A DNA stretch of 64,000 nucleotides from the NCBI RefSeq assembly GCF_006345805.1, contig NC_042998.1:71920001-71984000 (forward strand), given 5' to 3'. Position 1 is the first letter of the stretch, and every line of letters begins with the position of its first letter. This DNA comes from Octopus sinensis. Taxonomy: Eukaryota. The notes beneath the pieces are model-generated. The model was not told the DNA's origin. It saw nothing but the letters and a program-made list of their open reading frames with translations, and did no database searches. Below, in pieces: positions 13,481-25,559 of the stretch. The translations under genes were made by a program, and so were the position numbers.

Positions 13481-13842
13481 CCGTTCTCCCAGCAGAGTTA
13501 CTACTCGTGGTCAAACTTCCGCTTCTTCCTGTAATCGCGTACTCAGTTTCTTTACGTATGGATTGGAGTGTCAATTGTGTTTTGCTGTTTGGATCCGTCA
13601 TTGCTATTAATGAATTTTATTACCACTATTTACAACCATTCCATCTTCGTATACTATGCTATGATCGTCGGTTGCTCTGTTTACGTCATTTTCTCTAAAG
13701 TAGAATGTATAATTTTCCCGTTCATATTTGAATGTTTTGCATTTCATTTTTCCTCTGATTTTTACTCATTCTCAAAGTTGATGGGCATATAGAGGTACGT
13801 AAAACCGAATCAGAAAATCTCTAGTAAGACTGTTTTATTGAT

Positions 13843-13884
13843 GTACCCGAAGAGACCCACAACGGGCCGAAACATGTGTCGTAC
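13843..13884 (+). ncRNA. Minimal type I hammerhead ribozyme motif (PLE pLTR-like) with CCGAAGA core variant
   Basis: GUAC-CCGAAGA-GACCC acaac GGGCC-GAAA-C AUGU G-UC/GUAC. Palindromic loop III (AUGU within ACAUGU); AATAAA follows at 13887. Confidence 0.6.
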
Positions 13885-14111
13885 CTAATAAAATATTTTA
13901 CTCATTCCATCTATTTTATTAATGCTGTTACCCCAACCACCACTACGAAGTTGCTGCAACAAATTTAAAGATAACAGGTAATCAATACTGTGCGTGTGCT
14001 TTATTCATAATCTATTTATACGTTTTGTATAATTTCTCCGTTGTCATATATATCTCTATATATGAGCGTGTGTTTGTGTATATACATATATATATATACA
14101 TATATATACAC

Positions 14112-14148
<37 letters not shown>

Positions 14149-14158
14149 TAGATATATG

Positions 14159-14192
<34 letters not shown>

Positions 14193-14379
14193 TGCACAAG
14201 TTTAAGTATATCCTGGTGAAGAGGTCCCAACATTACGTGATCAGCGGAGATCTCGAGCCACAGTAGAACTTTACTGCGGTTTTGCACACGGAACTCTATT
14301 TATTGTGATCATTTCTCTTCGTAGTTTATAGAAACATCTGAAATGTCATTTAACACAGTAAAACAAGGCAATATATGAG

Positions 14380-14870
14380 CTCATGCACTTCAGAAGTGAA
14401 TGTCTGCTCAAACAAACATACTGGGGAAATCACTCACGGTATCCAATGCCCTCAGAAAGTTAGGAGTAACTGTTGCCATGCATGTCAGCTGGAGTATGCA
14501 CATCAAAAATAAACATGATGTGGCTCGCCATGTTAACTTAACTCCATAGAGTCAAATGCTGCCACACACCTTTTCTCTTTTTGTGTTAGGTTATCCCTCA
14601 AGATGTTGCTATACCTTGTGTTCTTGGCACAACAAAGAAAATACGAGAACAGCAATTCTCTCATCCAAATACTTAAATGGCATCTCAGATTGAGAATATT
14701 AAGTTTACTTTTATCTTTGAATCTCTACATGCCTGCGAGCGCTCTGCCTTATTTGCACAATGTGGTGAATTTGCCACCAGCATTGCGGAACTAAACTTAA
14801 CGTAAAGTTTAAATTTCCTCCAATGTATGGTTTCCGTGTCATGCTGCCTTAGACAATTCAGGCCTGAAAC
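14380..14870 (+). mobile_element. Highly degenerate CR1-like LINE RT 3' fragment
   Basis: LGVTV...SWSMHIK and LNLY..RRER-like remnants. Confidence 0.4.
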
Positions 14871-15074
14871 ATAACTGCATTGCATTACTGTTATAATTTA
14901 TATCATAACAACACAAATCAAACACGAAAAATATCGAATAACGTTAAGGATATATAGACACATTTCTTTAAGGGATACGAGGAAAAAAGAAGAGAACTAC
15001 ATATACCGGGATAGACTCAGTCAATAATAGCTCCCTACTTGCAAGGTCTCTGTTACCACAAAGCTTGACTCTAA

Positions 15075-15200
15075 ATATTTGGCCTGCTCGCTTAGCCAGC
15101 GGGGTGGCGTCATTTGAAGGCTAAAACAATGCGAACGCATTGTGACCAGCGATGTGTAACTACATCTGATAGCCTGGTCGGTCACAGTGATCACGGTGAT
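15075..15200 (+). mobile_element. SINE/RTE-type 3' segment ending in GTGATCAC-like repeats
   Basis: cctgctcgcttagccagcggggtggcgtcatttgaagg...ggtcggtcacagtgatcacggtgata resembles an abundant cephalopod repeat (from recall, not searched). Confidence 0.5.
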
Positions 15201-15205
15201 ATATA

Positions 15206-15784
15206 TAGTTTCGGAATTACTACTATTTTTGCGGTTTTGAGTTTAGCTGCTCTTTTTAAGTGAGTCGAACGACCTTCTCAGGGTCATTCCTTAATTATTT
15301 GTTGAATATATTATATAGTCTGTGACTATCTCTATTTTCTCACTTGACCGCTGGTTGCAGAAAATTTTTCTTGAATTTTTTGTTACCCTTCTATTGATTG
15401 ATTAATGAATACTTGACTAATTCTGAAATATGTATCAGCAGTTTATATTTGCTGCGGAGTAGATGGCGCGATTACGGTGAATTCGAAAATTTAGGATATA
15501 TAGACCCGAGGCTTAGATGGTGTAGCCTCGTGTATATATATCTTCCTCCTCTTTTGGCGACTTTGCTGACGAGACAAGCCAAGCGTAAACGGATTTAATT
15601 TAATTTAATTAAATTTGATTGCGTGAAAGATGTTGAAACCTTAAAGGGTACAAAGTTTGAAGGGGATAAATGTTTTTATTTCTCCTCTAGTTTCGGAATT
15701 ACTACTATTTTTGCGGTTTTGAGTTTAGCTGCTCTTTTCAAGTGAGTCGAACGACCTTCTCAGGGTCATTCCTTAATTATTTGT

Positions 15785-15785
<1 letters not shown>
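15206..15785 (+). mobile_element. Hammerhead-containing 482-bp tandem unit (about 1.2 copies; 98-bp terminal direct repeat), retrozyme/non-autonomous PLE-like
   Basis: 15206-15303 is repeated at 15688-15785 with 1 mismatch. No ORF; multiple hairpins; homologous to the minus strand of 32352-33048. Confidence 0.8.
15559..15657 (+). ncRNA. Type I hammerhead ribozyme
   Basis: Helix I GACUUUG/CAAAGUU; core CUGACGA (15566-72); helix II GACA/UGUU with a long insertion; GAAA (15635-38); helix III ACCU/GGGU; predicted cleavage after GUA at 15650. Confidence 0.8.
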
Positions 15786-15872
<87 letters not shown>

Positions 15873-15886
15873 CACACACACACACA

Positions 15887-15949
<63 letters not shown>

Positions 15950-15954
15950 ATATC

Positions 15955-16032
<78 letters not shown>

Positions 16033-16097
16033 TATATTTATATGCACGCACACACACATATACATATTTTCATATATATATATATATATAATATATA

Positions 16098-17236
16098 TCT
16101 CAAGAAAACTTTTGTCATGCATCAACCTGCCCCTGGTAAGCAGTATAGCGTACCAAATATCTATGTGTATGGTAAACGACTTGATGAAGTTGATCAGTTT
16201 ATCTACCTGGGAAGCACTATTAATAGATATAGCAATTTGGATGATGAAATTCCATATAGAATTAATAAAAGAAAATGTTGCTGTCGGAAGGTTAGAAAAG
16301 CGCCTCTAGAGTTGGCGAGACATATGCAGAAAGACAAAGATAACTGTGTACAAGGCACGTGTGATCCCTTCTCTTCTCTATGTCTGTGAGACGTGGGTCA
16401 CATATTGATACCGCCTTAAACAACTAGAACGTTTCCATCAGATGTGCCTCAGACTGATCTATGGCATTAAGTGGAAGGACTGCATCAATGATATTGAAAT
16501 ATGGCAGGCACTCGGTGTGAAAGTATAGAAGCTCTTCTGTTAAAGCAAAGGCTCAGATGGAGTGGTCATCTGGTCAGGATGAAGGATTCAAGGATGCCAA
16601 AACAACTCTTTTATGGAGAATTAGCTAAAGGAGAACGACCTCCACATAAACCAAAAAAGAGGTATAGGGATATGCTGAAGGCTTCCTTAAGAGATGCTTG
16701 CATCTCTCCTGACACATGGGAAGGCATAGCTATTGATCGCAGCACGTGAAGAAGGATTGTGCACGAGGGGACAGCCGCTTTTGAGAAATCTCAAGTTGCA
16801 CATGAGAAAATAAAGAGGAACGTCAGGAAGAGCATCGCTGTTACACTTCCAGATGGCAAGGGTCTTTCCTTGATGCTGACATGCAATGTCTGTGCAAGAC
16901 CCTGCCTCAGTAAAGCTGGACTCAAGAGTTATCTTCGTAGTCATAAAGCGAGACAGATGAGTGACAACCTGGCCACTGGTGGTGGTGTAACACACCAAAC
17001 TAATCATATCTGTGGGGCATGTGGAAGAGAGTGTAATTGGGCAGGAGGACTTAAACAACATGCAAAGGTACATGGAGCCCAGTTACAACTACAGCCAGCT
17101 ATTACCGGTAAAGGTTTTAGTTGCCAATTTTGTTCAAGACATTGTAGATCTTTAGCTGGGCTAAAAAGTCACATTCGATCATAGCACCAGTAACAGTTAA
17201 GCTTCGTGCAATGGCCATAGTCGATAACGAGGGGTC
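16098..17236 (+). mobile_element. RTE-clade LINE 3' fragment (copy 1) with three C-terminal C2H2-like fingers
   Basis: [68 protein letters not shown]; CxxC...H motifs at about 16880-17183. Confidence 0.93.
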
Positions 17237-17307
17237 ATATGTATATGTGCGTGTGCGTGCATATGAATATAAATAAATAAATTAATTAATATATATATAT
17301 ATATATT

Positions 17308-17357
<50 letters not shown>

Positions 17358-17416
17358 TATATTTATATGCACGCACACACACATATACATATTTTCATAT
17401 ATATATATAATATATA

Positions 17417-18555
17417 TCTCAAGAAAACTTTTGTCATGCATCAACCTGCCCCTGGTAAGCAGTATAGCGTACCAAATATCTATGTGTATGGTAAACGACT
17501 TGATGAAGTTGATCAGTTTATCTACCTGGGAAGCACTATTAATAGATATAGCAATTTGGATGATGAAATTCCATATAGAATTAATAAAAGAAAATGTTGC
17601 TGTCGGAAGGTTAGAAAAGCGCCTCTAGAGTTGGCGAGACATATGCAGAAAGACAAAGATAACTGTGTACAAGGCACGTGTGATCCCTTCTCTTCTCTAT
17701 GTCTGTGAGACGTGGGTCACATATTGATACCGCCTTAAACAACTAGAACGTTTCCATCAGATGTGCCTCAGACTGATCTATGGCATTAAGTGGAAGGACT
17801 GCATCAATGATATTGAAATATTGGCAGGCACTCGGTGTGAAAGTATAGAAGCTCTTGTGTTAAAGCAAAGGCTCAGATGGAGTGGTCATCTGGTCAGGAT
17901 GAAGGATTCAAGGATGCCAAAACAACTCTTTTATGGAGAATTAGCTAAAGGAGAACGACCTCCACATAAACCAAAAAAGAGGTATAGGGATATGCTGAAG
18001 GCTTCCTTAAGAGATGCTTGCATCTCTCCTGACACATGGGAAGGCATAGCTATTGATCGCAGCACGTGAAGAAGGATTGTGCACGAGGGGACAGCCGCTT
18101 TTGAGAAATCTCAAGTTGCACATGAGAAAATAAAGAGGAACGTCAGGAAGAGCATCGCTGTTACACTTCCAGATGGCAAGGGTCTTTCCTTGATGCTGAC
18201 ATGCAATGTCTGTGCAAGACCCTGCCTCAGTAAAGCTGGACTCAAGAGTTATCTTCGTAGTCATAAAGCGGGACAGATGAGTGACAACCTGGCCACTGGT
18301 GGTGGTGTAACACACCAAACTAATCATATCTGTGGGGCATGTGGAAGAGAGTGTAATTGGGCAGGAGGACTTAAACAACATGCAAAGGTACATGGAGCCC
18401 AGTTACAACTACAGCCAGCTATTACCGGTAAAGTTTTAGTTGCCAATTTTGTTCAAGACATTGTAGATCTTTAGCTGGGCTAAAAAGTCACATTCGATCA
18501 TAGCACCAGTAACAGTTAAGCTTCGTGCAATGGCCATAGTCGATAACGAGGGGTC
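17417..18555 (+). mobile_element. RTE-clade LINE 3' fragment (copy 2 of a 1319-bp tandem duplication)
   Basis: Near-identical to 16098-17236 at offset 1319. I noticed 2 substitutions and 2 single-base indels. Confidence 0.93.
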
Positions 18556-18607
18556 ATATGTATATGTGCGTGTGCGTGCATATGAATATAAATAAATAAA
18601 TTAATTA

Positions 18608-18609
<2 letters not shown>

Positions 18610-18641
<32 letters not shown>

Positions 18642-18696
18642 GTACATACATATATACATATACCTATATCTATCAATTTACTATGCATATGTATAA

Positions 18697-18737
<41 letters not shown>

Positions 18738-18789
18738 AATCTATATCTGTTTATCTATCGGTGTATATATATATACATAGAGAGAGAGG

Positions 18790-18857
<68 letters not shown>
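18610..18857. repeat. (TA)n and (GA)n microsatellites
   Basis: Directly visible. Confidence 0.95.
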
Positions 18858-18861
<4 letters not shown>

Positions 18862-19398
18862 CTCATAATATAGAAACTGAGAATAACTGGAAGCAAGTTG
18901 ATGTTATTTGATTTATTCTGCAACCATTTCAATCATTTTACGATCGATAATCAAAATCAAGGATTATTTTCAAATTATAAATTATAAATAATAAATTATA
19001 AATTTCAATCGATTAGCTCGATGATGGATAGCATATTGAGCTTGAACGCAGAAATATCGAATTCATGTTTTCCGTCTCAAGATATGATCCATGATCGTTT
19101 TTTTGATTATAATTTATAATTTATTATTTGTAATTATTCTTTGATCTTCATTATCGACTGCGAAAATGAACGTAATAGATACGGAATAAGCGAAATAAAT
19201 ACTAACAGCTTTCTTCCTGTTATTCTCTCATACTACATGCTCTCTACGCAATAACCCCATACCAGATGCATATTCGTCTACCGGTTCACGTAGAGGCGCG
19301 AACGTACGCTGTTACAAACCACACGAGCATCCTAACACTGCATTTGTACCTAACCTATCGCATCTCATAATATACACACACACACTCATATATATATA

Positions 19399-20004
19399 TA
19401 TAATCAAAATAAGCAACAAGGATATCCAAGGTAGTGTAGTACAATTGTTTCATGCTACTTCATTTTATTAAACACTGAAAGTATTACATCAGTTTTGAAA
19501 TGTCGAGTAATCTGCAGCCACATATAGAATTTTTTTATTAAACGGACAATGCACATTCTTATACTTATTTCATTTGCCAACATTACAAAGAGAGTAGATA
19601 TATAGACAGAGAGGTTAATTTCATCATTAAGAACATGGTGGTAGTATGTACTTCTCCGTCTGTAGATTTTTATCACTGGGTTCACTTTGTTATTTAGATC
19701 TATCAGTGGGGAGGGTGTTTTCTAGTCTTGGTTCAATGGAAACAAACAAGAGTTTTTTCTACTTACAAATAGAGGAAGGGGTAGTACAAATGCCAAAGCC
19801 ATATATATCTACCCTCTTTGTAATGTTGGCAAATGAAATAAGTATAAGAATGTGCATTGTCCGTTTAATTAAAAAAAAGTATATGTGGCTGAAGATTGCT
19901 CAACATTTTAAACTGATGCAATACTTAGTGTTTAATAAAATGAAGTCGCAAGAAACAATTCTACTGCACTGCCTTGGATATCCTTGTTGCTTATTTTGAT
20001 TATA
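19399..20004. mobile_element. MITE/foldback element with about 205-bp terminal inverted repeats
   Basis: 19399-19604 is the imperfect reverse complement of 19802-20004 (the same peptide ISTLFVMLANEISIRMCIVRLIKK appears on both strands in the ORF track); TATA at both ends. Confidence 0.85.
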
Positions 20005-20344
20005 ATCACTCCATTTGATTTATATGGATTATACCATACAACATTCTGGTGCCTTTAACTTACGTACCATATTCATCTGAATCTAAATTTTGCTGAACAC
20101 CCGTAAGCCGGGACAAGGCACCTTGTCCCGGCTTGCGGGGTGATTGCCTCCCCTTTGCAAATATAAGGACACAGAAAATGTGTCAAAGCTGACAGGAGAC
20201 GTCGATGTTTCCTAGGGCTAAATGGCGGTGGTGTAATTCCCTTACGGGACTGTCACATTGAGTTGCCAATATACGACCACTATATCGCTCCACCACCGCT
20301 TATGTCTCTCTGAGACATTAGAAATTCAATATTTCTAATATATG

Positions 20345-20390
<46 letters not shown>

Positions 20391-20461
20391 CATATATATA
20401 CATATATACATACATACATACATATATACATACATATATACTTATACACACACACACACAG

Positions 20462-20507
<46 letters not shown>

Positions 20508-20696
20508 TTGGAGAGAATCTTTTTTTCTTAAAGAATTAAGATTGAGAAAAGGCACCAACCTCTAAAGTTTGGGAAGAGATTTCATAAAATGTGTCTTTTA
20601 CTTTATAACAAAAATTGTCTCTTTGTATATGTATATATTATCTCTCTCTTCCCCTTACTTGCTACCTCTCTTCCTCTCTCTCTCTCTCTCTCTCTG

Positions 20697-20753
<57 letters not shown>

Positions 20754-21619
20754 ATTCTGCAATATGAATTACTTTCAGCTAGTAGTCAATTCAAAACAGA
20801 AATATATTATTCATATAGACTCTAAAACTGTTTATGAAGTTAGTAAAAATTGCAGTCTTTGATTACATCGTAGATTCGCTACGGACTTGTACAAATCAAA
20901 ATGTGTCACGATGTCTAAAATATACAAGCATGGATATGTAACTGGCGAGTTTGCTGGCACTTTTGCAACATATATTACATGCGCAATTTACATTCATACG
21001 CGTACGATGATTCGATGGAACTAGTTTCGTAATACATTTGAGGGCTAACCAATATATCAATATGATTTCTATCAAAACATATTTAAATTCTAGTCAGTTC
21101 CGCGGAGTTAGATTACAGAAACGACTAGAACGTAGCTTTATTCATCTACATTCAGTTTGCCTGACTTTATTTTCTAGCATTTCCATATGTTGTTTTCCCT
21201 TGCTTCTATGCGCTTGACTTGATAGAAATAAGTCTAGCTCCGTTCCCTATCATCAAGACTAGCTGAAAGAAGTCTGCTACTTTGCAATCGAAATGGTATC
21301 ATCGCCATCATATTCAACCTTGCACTTCTCAGTTTACGGTCACGTCATTTTTTGAGACACACCAACGCAGGCATACACACGAGTTTCCACACTATCGAAC
21401 TAAAACTTAATCAAGAATTGATTTCTCCCGCACTTCAGCTACCCTACGCTATATTACTTCTAATCTTACACATATGTTTACATATACACACATGTCACTT
21501 AAATACACCTACAAGAATCTTCCTAAGCATGAATTCCTAAGCACTTAAATACACCTACAAGAATCTTCCTATACATTGAATTCTGATAGGCATTAACATC
21601 GAGACCGTTCCCTCTTCCC

Positions 21620-21872
21620 CATACTTGTAAAGTAAAATAGTAAAGTTCCTTCGCTAGTCTCATGGGCGGTCTCCTGGTTTCCATGGCGTATATATTTCCC
21701 ATCTGGACAAGATGCCGGACTGTCACAGGATTACTCATTTTTGCCAGCTAAGTGGACTGGGGCAACGTGAAATAAAGTGTTTTACGCAAGAACACAATGC
21801 GTAGCCCGGTCCAGTAATCGAAAGCACAACTTTACGATCACGAGTCCAACACACTAAACAAAAGCCACGCAC
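21620..21872 (-). mobile_element. tRNA-derived SINE, degenerate
   Basis: The reverse complement has a tRNA-like head and a central block similar to the SINE at 39290-39605 (gccagct.agtggactgg.gcaac). Confidence 0.7.
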
Positions 21873-22031
21873 GCATTCCAGTCTGATATGTTACGTACAC
21901 TACTGTCCCTGCATATGTTTTTGCTGCAGACGTCACAATATTGAAAATTAGGCGGAACGTTAACGCTATCAACTATGCTAATCTCAGAGATTCTTTACAA
22001 TAGAAGGGGACATCATTTTCACCACCCTAAT

Positions 22032-22091
22032 TATACAGGTAGCAAAATAGCTTCTATTAATATTATTCATCTTCAAGTTGCCCATATATAC

Positions 22092-22122
<31 letters not shown>

Positions 22123-22251
22123 CGCACGCACACACACACACATACACACACATACACACATACATACACACACACACACGCTCGTGTGTGTGTGGGTGTG
22201 TGGTACATATGGGCAACTTGAAGATGAACAAGCTATTTTGCTACCTGTATA
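22032..22251. mobile_element. Small MITE with about 60-bp TIRs enclosing a (CA)n/(TG)n tract
   Basis: TA-CAGGTAGCAAAATAGCTT...TTCATCTTCAAGTTGCCCATA versus TATGGGCAACTTGAAGATGAA...AAGCTATTTTGCTACCTG-TA. Confidence 0.8.
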
Positions 22252-23800
22252 CTTTCAAATGTGTTGGTATGTTAATAATGTAAAGTCAATGCGTATGTGA
22301 TCATAACTGCTTAAAGGTTTATGGTAAGAGAAATCAACTTCAAATTTCAAGTGAATTTTCTTGATTGTCGAGCTCGTGAGACGTGCTTCATTTAAAATTT
22401 AGCGTTATTTATAACTTTTAGCAATATTGTTACTTTCTCTTAACTTTACATGCAATCAATTTTTCGCAAACAAACAAAAAATAGATAACATAATAACCAG
22501 AATAAAAAAAAACTGCGGTATCCTGGTAAATGCCAATTAAATATCCGAAATTCACTGTTGTAAGAAATAATCATTTGCTAAAAGAAGTGACAGACTGTCA
22601 ATTTACATTGCTTAACTATACTCATGATGCATTATACACGTCTTCACAAGTATGTATACACATATACGAACGCTTACATATGCACATTTAATACGATTCT
22701 GTTGAATTTAGCAAAAATTATCTCTATGTTTACTGACTTTTAATAAGATATTTGCCCAATTCATTATTTAGTTGCTTCTAGTTTATTGTTTGCTCTTATG
22801 CAAATATCAGGAAATTGTATCGTGTAGTATAAAAAGTGAAATCTCTGATTCGACAAATATTTGAGTACATGTTGGAAATTCTCATCGCTGTTCAACTACC
22901 AGTCAAGATCATATCATTGATCATAATCATGCCTTTTCAGGCCATCTTATCATTTGGGAATATGCGCTGTAGTTTATCAAACGTAGTCTTCAGATGGCGG
23001 TCTATGGGCTGATAAACAATTTTCTGCTATTTCTAGCAGATCAAGAAGCTGCGTAGACGCTGAAATCTATTTCCTTGAGTTAATATGTGAAAATTTCAGT
23101 GTGTACGTCTTGTTATTTTAATTTTTAAATGTTCTACTTTAAATTGTATAACATTCTTTATATAATCCCTGTGACGTAACGTATCATCTGGAAATATTAC
23201 CTTTCACAGAAACAATATGTTGTTACACTTTCATTTTTTGCTGCTCTTTTACTACAAAGCCAGCCTATACATAGGGACGATACAAAAGAGTGATGAAGCT
23301 TCTCAAAATTTGTGGCATTTTTTCTCAACCGGAGGCCATTATTAGTTTTCAGAGTATCTGTTGAAATCTCAATTATATTCAAGCTGTCACACATTTTCGA
23401 ACCCCCACTCCAGGGGAAAATATGATAATAAGATCATGGAACTGTATATTTGTATATAGAAATCTATTCTAAAGGGTTTCCTAAATAGTGTGAAATAATC
23501 CGCCGCAAATGCAATTAAAATCAAGTGACGCTAAAAATTGTTATTGTAATCAATGAAGATTACAAATAAATAACACCAAAATACTGATTCTTATGAAATT
23601 TATCGTTGCACTAAAGGCGAAGTGATATATTAGACAATGCAGATTAATACAAACTCCTATCACTAAACCAAAAGCCGGAAAGACTGCAATAAATAAAGAA
23701 TTGCCATATAATTTAATCTATAATCTGTGTAGAAATACACATGTGTGCATACATACATGTATACATAATACACACACGCATACACACACACACACACACA

Positions 23801-23840
<40 letters not shown>

Positions 23841-23848
23841 TATATATA

Positions 23849-24217
23849 TCTTTATATTATAAAAGAGAAGTTGTGTGTCTGTCTCCTACGATTTAGATTC
23901 TTAACTACTCCCACATTTTGCGGTGCAGTTTAAACAAAACCGGGTATCTTATAGTTGTGTTTCATATCGAGCCCTTCTGGGTATTAGCGTGCGTCTACGA
24001 TATAAAAAAAAATTACCATCATTTTTTCCCATTTTAATGCATTTTTTCCGCTATTATATAAGGGAAGTAACTCTCTAAAAATGTCTACGATGGGTCAACG
24101 ATTAAAAAAATTCCCATTTTAATGCATTTTTTTGCTATTTTTTGGCTATAACTCTCTAAAAATGCTTATATAGTTATTTCTCTTACAAGCCCGAGCAACG
24201 CCGGGCAATACTGCTAG
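23849..24217 (+). mobile_element. Non-autonomous Helitron
   Basis: A|TC 5' end, CTAG|T 3' end, subterminal hairpin GCCCG-agcaacgc-CGGGC; homologous to 39825-40851. Confidence 0.9.
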
Positions 24218-24665
24218 TATATATATAAAAGTACGCGAGAAGACAGATTAGTTTACCTTCCTAGTCCGGCCAATACATATTCAAATTGGGAATACACTAG
24301 ATATTTACCTACATATTTCTTTTACACCCCTCCACACACACAGACACACATGTACATATATCTATATATATATAGAAGAGAATTTAGAAGAGAATACATA
24401 CACACACACGCGCATGTATGTATGTGTGTATATTTACATACTTAATGTTGAACTAATGAAACATATTGCACTAGATATACTTATCAAATATTTTATTGAC
24501 AGTTGAGGGTCTGTTGCGCGAGTGGACTTTCATGCTACTGTGATCGTCGGGTGAATCACTTCATTCCCCTGAAAATTGCATATCTATAAACGCGTCTATA
24601 TATATATAATATATATATATATATAAAATTAAATTAGAGATAAAATCACTGTTAGGCAACTAATA

Positions 24666-24716
<51 letters not shown>

Positions 24717-25559
24717 CATGCATACACACGCACACACACATATATATAGAGACAAAGTATTAAAAATTCAAGTTGTACCACGTTGCCACCAATTTTGTAA
24801 TACACAATATTTGTTACAATCTAGTTACTATATATTTAAGTGAGATAGGAGGGCATCATATGAGTACTAAGAAGCAGCAGATACGCCAGCAATAATTCAC
24901 TCTCCTCAATTTTGCGGTTATATTAAATACAGAGAATATCTTGTTTCGCCACTCATTCTTTGTTCAACTTCAGTGTTATTTGCACAGTGTTTAATTGAGT
25001 TTTACTTAAATGAGGAATATGAATCTTTGTTGATTAAAGAAAAAAGCTTTGCAAAATTTGCTCTATATGTTATTACAGACACTATCTTATCGCTCGTACC
25101 ACCAGGAATAAATCGAATCGCTGATTGACTCGTTGGAAACATAATATAAATCGCTATGCAGTTCGACAATTTTTTGATATAGAATTAAATATTTGAAATG
25201 AATACCTGAAATTTAGTTAAACGGAAAAAAATTTATCGTATTGTTATGTCTTATTTATGTCGACATAAAAAATATTTGTAACATTTTGATTTCAAATGTC
25301 TGTTTATTCGAATCTGGAGATTATTTACATAACATACAAGACTGCAAATGTATAATCCAATAAATAAATGAATAAATAAATAATAATGCACGGCTGCTCT
25401 ATTTGCTATACATATCTCTATTCTTCGTTTAATAATAATAAGTGTTATATCAATAACTTTTGACTTTTCCTTTCAATCCATTTGACAGCCGAAGAAATGT
25501 AAAAAATATGAATGTACAAACAGCGTAATAACTGGGACGTAAATTTGTAAGAATTAACA

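Noticed and set aside
21496-21571. 30-bp direct repeat at 46-bp spacing
   Set aside because: Only two units, so a simple local duplication; not CRISPR-like, and the context is eukaryotic.
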